Below are positions 1-12,629 of a stretch of 64,000 nt of DNA, piece after piece. The stretch's first letter is position 1; each line of letters begins with the position of its first letter. The DNA comes from Spironucleus salmonicida. Lineage: Eukaryota. Location: contig NC_090601.1 of NCBI RefSeq assembly GCF_000497125.1, positions 310,001 through 374,000 on the forward strand, given 5' to 3'. A program made the position numbers and the translations under genes. The notes beneath the pieces are model-generated. The model made no database searches. It was given only the letters and a program-made list of their open reading frames with translations, and was not told where the DNA came from.

Positions 1-2
1 AA

Positions 3-167
3 ATGGACAGTATTGAGCAGGAAATTATTAATTTTTGTTAAACAAATAACAAATTATCAGTTAAATAAAACAGAAGGCCGCTAGCACCTTGTCGAGGTTC
101 AAACCATTTATCAGGGTCTGCCAATATGCAAAGAGTGCACACTAAACTGTAAGATATTGAATATTGA
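3..167 (+). CDS. 3' end (or short whole) of a hypothetical protein at the window edge
   Basis: Table-6 frame MDSIEQEIINFCQTNNKLSVKQNRRPLAPCRGS...DIEY to TGA at 165-167; may begin upstream of the window. Confidence 0.45.
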
Positions 168-1436
168 GTAATTCTTTAAAATATCTAGATTTTTATGCAA
201 AATATTATCATTGTACTATTAATTAATTTACATTAGAATATTACTGATTAAATATAAAATTTTAGAATGAAATTATTATTATTTGGTTTATATTCATAAC
301 AATGAATGTAAATATAAAACGAAATAATAGTGGTTTATTCATTTTCAATACGTTTAGTACCTTTAAAAAATTACATGTTCGGCTTAATGATACCACCATA
401 TATTGCTAAAAGACTCCTGGTAAGAATTGATCTAAAACTTTATATGCTAATAAAAAGCATAAATGAGAATAATATAATTTTTTAGTGTGATTTATTAAAA
501 ATTTCTAAAATTAATGCAATCTTCCATACTTGCATCCGTCTAACTACAATGAGAGAATTCATTCAATCGTGGTATTAAATGAGTATATAATTATTAGTTT
601 ATTCTTAAAGAAGAAGAATATCGATTCCGTATATTCAACATTAAGAGTTAGAGTAATGAAGTTAATGTTTAGATATCAAACAATTACAAATACAATATAG
701 TTTATATCATAGTAAAATACTTTAATATTATTTGAATATTTTAAAACTAGATTTATAATTATATACTTTAGTTTCATATAATATCTCAAAAATGAAATAA
801 ATATAATTTATCAAACAAAACAAATTCTAGTCTTTATCATAATATCTTCATAAGATTTAAACGCATCAATTAGTTTTATAGTAAAGACTGTCTAAAAATT
901 TGATATTACCTGATAAAATTATCTTAATTCCAATGAATTAAATATAATTATATTACAAACATAATAATATGCTTTTGTTTTCTTAGATAAGTTGTATGAA
1001 TAATTATAACCTATTTTTTAGTTTTATTAAATAAATTTTATTTACTTTAATCACACTGTAAAGATTAAGTATCAAAATACCCAATTTATCACTGGAGTAA
1101 GTGTTTATTGATTCTTTCAATCAACCATACATAAAATTATTATCTGATGATTTAAATTAATAATTTTCTTATTTTAATTTTACGAACAATTTAGAATTAA
1201 CTTTTGACGAAGTATAATGTGCCAAATTTAATGAAAATGTGATCTAATTTTTCTAACTTTTAGTAAAATAGTTTTTTGAATAAAATATTTCAAATGCAAT
1301 TCATTAGTTTGCATAGCATTCAACATCTACTGCTTAGATATTTTCAATTGTGTGTTATATTGAAATCCTTTACTAAAAATCATAAATAAATAAAATTTTT
1401 CTTGTAAGAAACGTTTAATTTTTTAATTCATTAAAT

Positions 1437-4400
1437 ATGTTTTAATCATATTTTACTAAATAAGTAAGTATGTTTGTAAAAACAGAATTTTTCATCTCAT
1501 TAATCTATCATATTTAAATTAACTCTTTGTTATCAAAATAATTGTAAATAGATATAAAATAAGAAACTTTATAAGATTGTAATAAATACTAATAACTTAT
1601 TTCAGTAGGGTAATAAAGTTTTACAAAGCCATAAGTTATTTAATATTCTGAACAAATTGAAAATAAAATTATAATAATAACAAGTACTGAATATTAAATT
1701 TAAATTTTAGAGAACTAAATACATTCTTTTTATAAAAAAATTCACACTGACTATGTAGTAATTAATGTTACATCTTGTAAAGAATTAATATAATAAATAA
1801 TATAATTTTAATGTTAGTAAGATTTTCAAACAATTTACTCCAACGAGATTGATATAGATGAATTGTTTATACAACATTTACTATAATAAGATACATAAGA
1901 ATCTCATTAATTGCAAGTATTACTAAATCTAGATGAACTCACAACTTAATAGAAATAATAATATGACGAATTTGCTCTCCTAGGATAAAACTTATTTGTG
2001 GATTAATTATTTAATGGGTATAATGCTGTTAAAGAATTAGATCCAAATATTACTATTCCAACATAGTTTAGTAAATTTATAACCAATTAATACCTAAGTT
2101 CAAATTAATAATATCAGAAATATGGTATCTTGCAATATCTTAGAACAATCATTTATCCCTAAATTAAAATTATTCTAATAATTAATTAATAAAGAATATC
2201 ATTAGATGCTTTTCCTGAAATTAAACAAATAATTAAAAGTTATAAATACTTAAATACATAAAATACTGTAATGATTTTAATTGATAAAAATATCTAGCAA
2301 ATGGATAAAAAAACTAATTTAAAATCTTTATAAAAGTATATATTGAAATAAAATATAATGAAATTTAGTTTAAATTTAATTGATGATATTTTATGTTTTT
2401 CTCCACATAAAGCCTTAACTGAGATGTATAATAAATCTATATTAAATAATAATTTACTATAAATTTCAGATAGTATTGAATTTCAGATGAGCAATAATAA
2501 ATTTGACATGTATTAAATCTATTTTTAGTTTATAATATCATCCGGTTGTTATTAGACCATTAATATTATATAAGATTAATAAATATAATCAGCTATAAAT
2601 TTAGCAAGTAAGTAGCTAGGCTGGTATTAAGACTATTTCGCATTTAACTATATAAATTAATCTAAATTTGAAGAGATCCTATTAGAATATAGACTAGCTA
2701 GGGAGATGTCAATTTCACCAATAGATATTTTATATATTTTTAACGTTAAATCATAATTGATTTCTATTGAATAGCTATAAAAATATACTTAAGTTTCATA
2801 AGAATATTTGTTTACTTAATTAGAATAATTGACATATTAAAGATTACTTAATAAAATTTCTACTAACAAATATGTAATATCCGATATACAAATGGGAACA
2901 AAGATTTTATACTATTGCAGTTATCGAGATTAATCTTACATTTCTAATATACTATTTTGGGATCTTATTTCACGATATTAAATTATTTAAACATTTTCTT
3001 AATCTGAATAAATTTATTCTGAAGAGTTACTTTCACAATTGAGTCGTATGTATTATTGTATACTATAAACAAAGTCTTGCACAATAGCATAACATAAAGT
3101 AGAAGCAGAATAATTATAATTAGAAAGATCAAGTTTTAATGACCCATCATTTTCTCTTGTGAATACTATGGATGAAATATTTTAAATGTCACTGTAGGAT
3201 ATTTCTTCATCAAGTTCAGAAGACAGTTTTCATAGTTTTCAATTCTAAATTTAGTCTCCAATGACTCCATAAGACATCACATTATATGAAAAAAATAGAA
3301 AGGCAAAAAGAAAAGTTATATCTTATCTAATTAAAATTAAAGTTTGTTTAATGTTTGTTGCAACTATAAATTAATCAACATAAGTACAGAATATATTCTT
3401 ATAATTATCTTAAATTTTAATTACCACATAGTACTATATCAATGAAGCTAAAGCATTATGCGATTCTAATAAAGAATAAAACTATTACAAATAACTTATT
3501 AATTTAGAAACTTCTTGTATTCTATATTATTTTCTATTCTCCAATTAACCTTCATCAATAATACTTTTATCTGAACTAAATAATCGCAACTTAACTATTA
3601 CTTAATACACCCTTATAGCATGGAGATTGATAAATTTACAAAAAATTAATGAAGCAAACAAATATATATTGTCTATTTTAAAGTCACATGACGAATCTTA
3701 TAATTTCATTGATAAAATATTGAGCTATAGAGTTATTTTTGATAAATTTTAAGAATAAACTCTAAACGTCAATGAATATATTTTTATAGTTAATTTAGTA
3801 CAAGAATATAACAATATTACTATCATAGATACATTAAATGATAAGGTTAAATTTGTATTGCTTTTAGAATTATTGCTGTTAGTATATCTCTTAACTGATT
3901 AACAATAGTCTTTGTTATCTACTGCTTTATTAATAATATAAATTCATGTGCAGTATAAGTTTAAAACAATCATATCAGATGTTTCTATTTATATCATGTA
4001 GGTAAATTTGTAAAAATATTTAACTCATACTAGAGAAAAATATTATCTAATGACATAACTTTTAAGAATTAGTATAGATTAATTAAATCTAAAATTAATA
4101 TAAAATTACTAAACAAATTTAAGATCTGATGAAATATTTAATACGCAATATATAATGAAATAAGCTGATAATATTATTTTTATAAATCAGTTATTATAAT
4201 CAACACCAAAATTTGTGATATATTTTATTAATTTTGAAGATAAACTGCCCAATTACACAACACAATTACACATGTCATTTTTTGATTATTAACATCATAT
4301 ACGAGTTTAAAATATATCTAACGTATTTGGATATTATTTAACTCTTAACTCTGAGAAAACAAAATATTATTTACTTAGTTTACTAAATGAAAATGAAGTA

Positions 4401-4862
4401 CTAGAGTAAATAATTAAGAAAATCATATAAAATATTTATGATGAATAATAAAACATCTATTTTGACAATAATGTTATTAGTCTCATAATAGAAAAATTAA
4501 ATTAAAATTTTTATAGTGGTAATGTAGTCTACGCGCAGCATCTATATAGTATTATCAAGATATATATGACTTTAACTTAATAATCTAAATATAATTAGTT
4601 TAAATTATTGCATGATAAAATATAACATTATGAAGATAAAAGTTATAAGTTCTGGGATAATAATTAATACGATGTATAATTTTTATAAAACTAGTAAAAT
4701 CTATCATTAGAATAATATGAATCTATGTTTTATAATAACAACTATCTAAGTATGTTAACAAGACAGTATTATACTGTATGTTTAAATAGAGCGTTGAAGG
4801 ATGCTAATCCATATGTAGAAGCTGATAATTACATTCCATTTATTAATTATTGGTGTTAATGA
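1437..4862 (+). CDS. large hypothetical protein (~1141 aa)
   Basis: ATG 1437 in frame with TGA 4860-4862; protein-like table-6 translation at both ends (MFQSYFTKQVSMFVKTEF... ADNYIPFINYWCQ*); no recognised domain. Confidence 0.75.
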
Positions 4863-4904
4863 ATTATATATAATATAAATATTATCCACTCATTCCATAT
4901 AATA

Positions 4905-5993
4905 ATGAACTACAATTCTTTGGTAAATATTTATGAAGAGTACTATTAAAATTAATTTCCGTTCGACTAGATCTACAAATTCTTTTCATATAATAATACT
5001 GTCGACCCGCTTCTTAGAGAATGGTCTTTCGAAGCTTTAGTTTAAGATAATGAATCCTTCATTAAACGTTTTGAAGTCGTTAACTCGGCAGAAAAGCTAA
5101 AATAGTTAACTAATAATACAGTGGACCTAAAATTAAAATTTGATATTGGACCTATCTACTCTTCTTCAATTCTTGACCGCTATTCAAAACCTATTGTTCC
5201 AGTCCAGCGCGAACTTGTATTTGATATCGATTCTGGGGATTTTGACTCTGTTAGAAAATGTTGCACCGGAACCAACATGTGCGACAAATGTTGGCGTTTT
5301 ATGGAATGCGCAACATGTATTTTGACGCTTTTTTGCTAAACTTTCGGATTCATAAACTATATTTTTGTTTTCTCAGGGCGACGTGGACTTCACTGCTGGA
5401 TAGCTGATTCTGAGGCTAGAAATCTTCCACAGAGTATCAGGCTAAATATGCTCAAAATGTTTGAATTAATCAAAGTTGACAATGGAACCGAAATTGAAAT
5501 GATTGTACCTGATCAATTTAATGTAAATTTAATTGTTGATATTTGCGAAAAGTTCTTTATGGTAATGTGCGATGAATAAAATTGGCTTTAAAATGGTGAT
5601 ATTGAGAAGTTTGCAGAAAAAGCGAATAAGTGGAAGGGTAAAAAATTATTTCCCATTATTAATGCTAAGAACGTAGGTTAGTTAAAGTTGAAACTATCTA
5701 GTGACGCATGGCGTTTTTTAGTGGTCTATTTCGTATACCCAAGGTTCGATATAGAAGTCACAAAAAGTATGAATCATTTACTCAAGATACCGTTTTCTGT
5801 TCATAGCAAAACATTGTTCGTAGCTTGCCCTATAAATCCAATGCCTATTCTTCAAGAATATAACGTGTAGCTAGATTGCAAAAAATACGAAAATTTGAAA
5901 CGAAGATACGTTTTTTCTAGGCCTGTTAAGTACTCCGACGATATTAAAGAGTATGTAGCATTTTTTGATGAATTTCTAAATGAAATTAAATGA
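4905..5993 (+). CDS. PRI1: DNA primase small (catalytic) subunit, 362 aa
   Basis: Motifs YYQNQFPF, KFDIGPIY, RELVFDID, FSGRRGLHCW, YPRFDIEVTKSMNHLLKIPFSVHSKT; ORF-track fragments 5121 and 5688 join in one table-6 frame. Confidence 0.96.
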
Positions 5994-6008
5994 TAAATGT
6001 ATGTCACT

Positions 6009-7196
6009 TCAAAAAATTATTGTTAACAACATAAATAAGAGCACTAATTTCACACCTAAAAAATTGATAGGTAAAGTATAAATTATGATAAGCCAGCTTG
6101 AAATAAAACAAACTGCAATTTTGAGCTATTTCATAATATTAACATGGTGTTTTTCATTTAGAATATCATATAAGCCTTAAACAACGCCAGAAATAAACCT
6201 ATTTTTGAAATACCGCACAAGAGCTAAATAACCGTCAAAAAACTTATCTATACACATTTTGCGACCTGTCAAATTCTGAATTAACTTCTACTAGCACGTG
6301 CCAACGTACAGACGAGAAAACACATAATTCATCCTGAAGCTGTCCAGACGGTCCCCGCCTAGCGTGCTGTAAAACTCGCTCTAGAGGACCCCTGTGCGGT
6401 CGATACAGTCCAGACAGTTGATCCGCGGGATCTCTCTCTGCACGTCCACTCGTAGGACCCCTTTAACGTAGTCAGCGCAAAATCCGGCCAGCTCAAGCTG
6501 CGTCGCTCTGTGCAGGTCAATTTTGATAGTATTTGGGTACATGCCGCTAAAGGCCTCGCTCAAAGCTAGCTGACCGCCACGGCCCGAAAGGAGCGAAATA
6601 GGTCGAATTTTCTGATCCAAACGGAAGCCGAAATCGCTGCCGCCAATTTCGATTTTGGGCGTGAACTTGAGGCCCGGCCGCTGCTCAAATAGCAGTGGAA
6701 TGCTGCCTCGGTGCAGCTCAAAAACGCCGTTCTGCGTGTTGATGTGGACCTGAATTGTGTTCACCGGGTGGCCATCCACGAGGCCACGGAAGAAGCGCGT
6801 GTAGAGCGCCGATACGAAGAAGGCATCTGCGGTTGGTGAACGGTGCATTAACGTGCAGGGGAACTGGACGAATGCCGTTCGTGTGGCAAAAAATTAGCGC
6901 GGGGGGTTCGGATGGAAGTACAGGAGGTGTTTTATTGACTTTACAGCAATGGAGAGTAAAAATGGTGGTTTTGGGATAATTTTATAGCTTTTAATACGTA
7001 CTGGGACTTACTGAGGATCTTATTTTGAAATCAATAGGTGGCTGATATTTTTGTAGGTTATTTAACCAAAAACTGTGAATTTTGAAAATGAATCACGCTT
7101 TAAGGGGTTCTCAATTTCTGAAATTTTGGACTTGTAAGAATAAAACTTATCTTGCTATGAAAATAATTATAACCTTTCGGATAATAGAATTGACAT
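6009..7196 (-). CDS. SAC1: Sac1-like phosphoinositide phosphatase with C-terminal transmembrane segment, 395 aa
   Basis: RGSIPLLFEQRP and RINCLDCIDRTGVLQ (CX5RT catalytic motif of Sac phosphatases); hydrophobic tail IAVCFISSWLIIIYTLPINFLGVKLVLLFMLLTIIF*. Confidence 0.88.
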
Positions 7197-7235
7197 TTAA
7201 AAAGTATGAAAAATATTGATATACATATATATAAA

Positions 7236-8243
7236 TCACTTCAGTTAGCTTAAATATTCATCAATAATAATCCTTTTCTTGTCGTTGTTCTGTTTCAATG
7301 TTTTATTTTTCTAACTTTTCTTCCGCAGAATTGCTCGAAATCTCTTCTACGAATCTAATTTTTCTTATTCTAGAGCGTAGATGTATGGTCCTTTCTCTTA
7401 TATATCCTGTAATAATTATAGTGTAGAAACTCCTTAGCTATTTACAGAGTTCCTATTTAAATCTAATTGGCGTTTTGGTAACTATTATGATCTCAGCTGG
7501 AGTGGTGGATCTTTTAGTTAAGCTTTATAAACTTATTATTTTTCAAAAGGTTGATCGTACTTACTATTTAATTCCTAATATCGCAATTAGTCATCACTTA
7601 CATTCTTATTAGCTATTTCCAATTCCTTTTTAATATAAATTTAGCCGTATTAGTAAGAGCTTTCTTAAATTGATATTAATTCCTCAAAATTTATTAAATC
7701 CTCTACACTCAGTAAAAAATTAAAACTTATATTACTAGTAGCTAACATATCTTTATCGATAATATTCTCACTATTTAATAATTTTTCAACGTCCGCTATT
7801 CGTTCCCAATAATATTATTAAGTTTACCTTTCTGGTTCATATATTAATTCCTACAAATTCATAAATTCAAATATTAATTCATTTAAAACAGGTTAAATAC
7901 TATGCGTCTACTAAACAACAAAATTCTTGTCTTCTTAACTTTAGGTTAGAGAATCTAGATCAAATGTTTAACGCTTAAACGCTGAATAACGATATTTTTC
8001 TTTTTCACTGTGATTAAATTAACTACTATAATTAGTTTTTCTATTAAATGTAGACATTTCAAGAAGTTTCTTCTGTTTTTATTATTTCTCTTCATTTTGT
8101 TAAGATTTTTTAGTCTAGTAAAGATTATACCTGTATTATTCTTCATCACTTATAATAATATTACTATAAAAATCATGGCTAGTATTGAATCTTGATTTAG
8201 CATACATATTTTATTACTTTTGTGTTAACATTTTAAATTCCAT
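7236..8243 (-). CDS. hypothetical charged/coiled-coil protein (~335 aa)
   Basis: ATG 8243 in frame with TGA 7238-7236 in AAGTGA context; K/E/Q-rich translation. Confidence 0.7.
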
Positions 8244-8780
8244 CTTTATTATATAAAATTAAATGCAATAACTTTTTAAATATTTACTAAATATGATCTT
8301 ATTTTATCTATATCTATTTAAGTGATTCTAAAACACAAATAATTTTTGAATTTATATATAGTATTCAGACTAAATGAACGCAGAAAATCCTGAATAAATA
8401 TAATATTACGGTAAATTTCATTATTATTATTTTTAGTGAAAAATAAAATAATATAACATTAAAATAGTGTTATATTCGTAATTCTCATATTTACCATCTA
8501 TTTATTAATGTTTAAATTGTAAAAATTAGAATAATGGAAAATCAAATGATTGTGAATAATGCTTTACATATTGCGAATAAATAAGAAATTCTTATCCATA
8601 TTATCTATATGTTATATTTTACTCTGCCTAAGCCTTTTGATAATTCATTTTATATGTATGAAATTCTTATGAAAATTGCTTATAAAGTATTATTATAAAA
8701 TATTCAAATATGTAATATTAATATGAAAATATTAATAATATATATAATAGGCAGTTATTTATTGATTTTCGATGAAATAA

Positions 8781-8794
8781 CCATTCCACTATAA
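8781..8794 (+). promoter_or_regulatory. C-rich upstream motif (representative)
   Basis: CCATTCCAC directly before ATG; related YTTCC motifs precede at least 9 other genes in the window. Confidence 0.55.
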
Positions 8795-9550
8795 ATGGAT
8801 TTAAACTCCATAAATAATATCCTTAGTAAATTGCCTATAGATAATGGAATACCATTAGAATTATTAGTTCTATAGTCAGGTGATAGTATTATCTCTTAGG
8901 CTATCCTTGATGAACCAAGACAGTTATAATTTTTCCCTACTACTATGCCGTTATTAATGAAGAAAGGTGATACTTCTGGAAAGAAACTTTATGTGAAACC
9001 TAATAAATTAAGATAAGCTGAACCTCGTAAGAATCCTATTAAATTTAAAAATGCAGATGCCAAGGTATCAATCCCTTAAGATATTGCTTACAAGACATCT
9101 ATTAACGTATCTGAATACTAAATTTTAGATAGTGAAGATGAAGGTGATCTGACATCATTGCTAGAACCATAAGCCCAAGATATTGAATAATTTATTGATC
9201 AACCTAAAAAAGTTGCTTATTAACCTAAAAAGACAGTTGGAATTTCAGAAATTATTGGAAAACCGGCTAATTCTCTAGATACTAAAAAACATATCTAGGT
9301 ACCCCAATCTTAGTAATCAACTAGGAAAGCCTATCAATGGATGTACTTAGACGCCTCTAACAATTTTTAGGGTCCATTTGGTTAGAGCTTGATGAAAAAC
9401 TGGTTTGACGGCGGCCATCTCCCAAGAACACTTCCAATCAAACTAGCAGGTGTTGACAAGAAGTTTGTTCCCCTTTTCTAACGTTGGGAGGAATCTTGTG
9501 CCCAATACAAGTCAACCCCATTCTCATGTGAACCCTTACCTTACAACTGA
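8795..9550 (+). CDS. GYF-domain protein, 251 aa
   Basis: WMYLDASKQFLGPFGQSLMKNWFDGGHLPRTLPIK matches the GYF consensus; C-rich CCATTCCAC just before the ATG (frame also open from 8534). Confidence 0.82.
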
Positions 9551-9560
9551 AATTTTTCAT

Positions 9561-10874
9561 TCACTAAATCTCCCAACTTTCAACACTGTGCACCTCGCTC
9601 TCCTCCTTTGCGATTTCGCGCATGACCTCGCTCACAAACGTTTCAATTTCGTCGTTACCAGCTCCAAACTCGACACCGTCACCCAAGAGCGCGCCGATGG
9701 ATCCAAGCACCGCATCATGTGATAGGAAAATTCCATCAATACCATTCTCAGCCAAAACACGTTGAATCGACTCCTGGACTACCGGTTGGTTGCTAATGAA
9801 TCCACCCGCGAAAACGACCCGCGTGAGGTGTTTGATTTTACAGTTCAGGCAAGCAAGCTGTGCGGCATTTTCGGACACCATTTCTGCTAGCGCGGCCACC
9901 ACATCCGCTTTTGCGAACTCATTTTAGAAAATAGGAGCAGAAAACTAGGCGCCGTTGAACTAAAGCTTGCTGGCGTGCCCCTGTGTCTCCAGCTTTAGGA
10001 GTTGGTCGAACTCGCAGTGCGTGAGCAATTTAGCCAGGTTCAGAAAAACACCTCCACCCAGAGCTGAACCATCTACCCTCACGATATTTTGCTGTGTGAC
10101 GTGCAGAATCGAGATTCCCGACCCTATTTGCACTAGGAGGCAGGGGTAAAGCCAGGAGACATCGTATACGTATTTGCTGAGGCTTGCCGACTGACTATGC
10201 TAAAACCAGTTGATTTTTTGCTGAATAGCATCTGATGGTTAGTGGTTTTCGAAAAATCTAGAATCAAAATTGAGGCGATGTGGTTGTTGTAGGCACGAAA
10301 CTGGAGCTTTCCCGAGAAGTGTATACACTTCATTTTTAAGCTTCAGCCCAGTTAAAAACATCATACCCTTGTGAAGCGACTGTATCTCGTCGAATTAACT
10401 GATTGAGTCAAAGTTTGTGCGCTCAAGTAACTGTGTCCTAAACTTAACAGCTCCACCACCGGTACATCTGAGTTCCTTTTTGTAAGAAAATGGGAAGTTG
10501 TGGACATTCAAAAAATTTATTAGCATATTAAAATCTGTTTATTAGAAAAAGAAAAATAAGAACTTACCTCGAATAACATGCGATGTGAAAGAATGCTAGG
10601 GTTAAAAAAGGTGGATAAATTGCTATTATACTTTAAATAGGTATTTATCAGGTATATAAATGCAAAGCTTCATTAGTGTACCTCCAAGATCAATTGAAAC
10701 TAGTGGGCACTCTTCAATAAGCAGTTCAGTTAATTGATTATAAAGCCTGGCTGATGCGGCTTTAAGCTTTAAATTTGGTGAAGCTATTGGGAAATATTTT
10801 GTCTTGTAATAAAAGAATGACTTCAGAAACCAAAATGGCTTGATAATAAGAATTAGAAAAGGCTGAAAGATCAT
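9561..10874 (-). CDS. PANK: type II pantothenate kinase (fumble family), 437 aa
   Basis: SIDLGGTLMK, CTGGGAVKF, YPCLLVQIGSGISI, DGSALGGGVF, VVFAGGFI, FLSHDAVLGSIGALL. Confidence 0.92.
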
Positions 10875-10920
10875 TTTTATAATAATTATTCTTATTATAT
10901 GATAATATCAGATTATAAAA

Positions 10921-11370
10921 ATGGAATCTTTGTAATTATTTTACAAGTTTTAAATCTAGTAATATAACATAAAAACTTAGTAAATGTAATAGTATCACCT
11001 TAAAACTGCTAGATTTAATTAAAATATATATTAGTAAGATACGGATAAATTGATTATTTTTGATGCTATTTCATCTGACGATGAGCTGCTGGTTTTACGT
11101 TAAAATAAATAGACCCCCAGTAAAAAGCTTACTTATCTTTAGCAGCTAGTAATAAAATCACATACTGAGCCTAATTCACGATAACCTTCATAATAATTAA
11201 AAACCACTAACACTGCCCCAATTCAGTCTTTCAAACCACCACCAGAATAATCCCCATATTTCAATATTACATATAAAAATCTAGGAAAAACGCGTCAACT
11301 AGCTCAACTATACGTCACAAAAATAGTAAGGTAGTAAGATAAGAAGCTACGGTCACCTTCAAAATAGTGA
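10921..11370 (+). CDS. hypothetical protein, 149 aa
   Basis: ATG 10921 in frame with TGA 11368-11370 in TAGTGA context. Confidence 0.65.
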
Positions 11371-11491
11371 ATTTCTACTTATCTTTAATAGACCATTAAT
11401 AAAACAGCATTATGCGCTGTGGATTGACTTTTAAATAAATAATTATATCCTATATTCATTTTATCTGAAAATATAATAAATAACTGAGATT

Positions 11492-12520
11492 TCATTCAAC
11501 AATAACAAGAAATAGCAACTCGCCAACCCAAATTTTAGACACTTTCCCTCCAATCTCTCCTATATACTCAGAGAATTCTAAAGTCAGAAATTTTAACTTC
11601 CTACTTTTCTCTTGGAACCCCTATATACTGTGAAAATCACCTCCAAAACTTAAAAAGCATGCCTCGCACTTGACAGTAATCTACACCTCCTATAACAATG
11701 CTTATTTAACGAATGCTTCGCCATTACACTTCTCAAATTTTCCAAATCTACTTATCGCTTTTTTTCCTTTATCCACCATTTCTTCACTCCATGGTAGGTT
11801 CTCAAAGCCTAAAGGGCCGAATTAAGGAAATGAAATATTATTTTGTATAAGATAAATAGCAAAAAGAGTATTTAAAGGTAGCTACTAATCAAGTTTATCT
11901 GATTTTAGCTTTTCGTTTATTAAATTTCTTCGGTAAACATCTTCTGGTAAACCAAATGCATTTGGGAAAAGAATTGGACCAATACCAAATTTTGCAGAAA
12001 GATGAAGGGCACGACGAGATTTTAAATGCTTTTCAGTAAAAGCTGTTGAAAGTTTTGTTAATAGTAATTACCGTGTCAATAGGCGTTTTTAGATAATTTC
12101 AAAATTATCTAGAAACTCCGTTATGTAGGTTTTTGAATTCTTTACGAAATCATCAGTTTCTTGGTCTAAAAGTAATGTAAGATCATTGGAAAATAATAAC
12201 TATTTATCATATTTGTAAAATGCTTTATATACAGCGACTCCAGGATCCGCCGCATCACTTCGCTTATCTCTGATGAGATTTGATGTCTATTTAATGATTT
12301 TTATCGTTTATTAGCGTAGTTGGAGCTCTTTTGATGCAAATTGAGCTCGCTCGTGCTAGGGTCTTGCTTCAATATCCTTTTAAAATTATGTAAGGTCAGA
12401 TAATGCTAATTACAGCTGATAGAAATTTGTGATAAATTAATCGATTGTATCTATTGCAAATTCTGCCTCTACAGAGCGTTTTGTAAGCTTAAGTTGAATA
12501 TCCTCAGATTGGGTAAGCAT
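11492..12520 (-). CDS. hypothetical protein, 342 aa
   Basis: Continuous table-6 frame MLTQSEDIQLKLTKRS...GELLFLVIVE*. Confidence 0.75.
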
Positions 12521-12629
12521 TTTATTGTTTGAAATGAAGTAAATTATTAATGACGATACTAATATAATAAATATTATACAATTAGATTTAAAATAGATTA
12601 TTAAAACTAAGATGTAGAATCGCACAATT

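Noticed and set aside
168-1436. Short open frames in the AT-rich region
   Set aside because: No convincing protein-like frame with start/stop signals; left unannotated
1465-1490. GTATGTTT resembling a diplomonad 5' splice site
   Set aside because: Lies within a continuous ORF with no nearby ACTAAC...AG branch/acceptor
6144-6839. 231-codon plus-strand ORF antisense to SAC1
   Set aside because: It is the mirror frame of SAC1 in a GC-rich patch; with TGA the only stop, long shadow ORFs are expected; no recognisable motifs and no AGTGA end
11371-11491. Small hairpin (ACAGC...GCTGT) in a longer intergenic gap as possible ncRNA
   Set aside because: Only a 5-bp stem and no convincing C/D or H/ACA boxes
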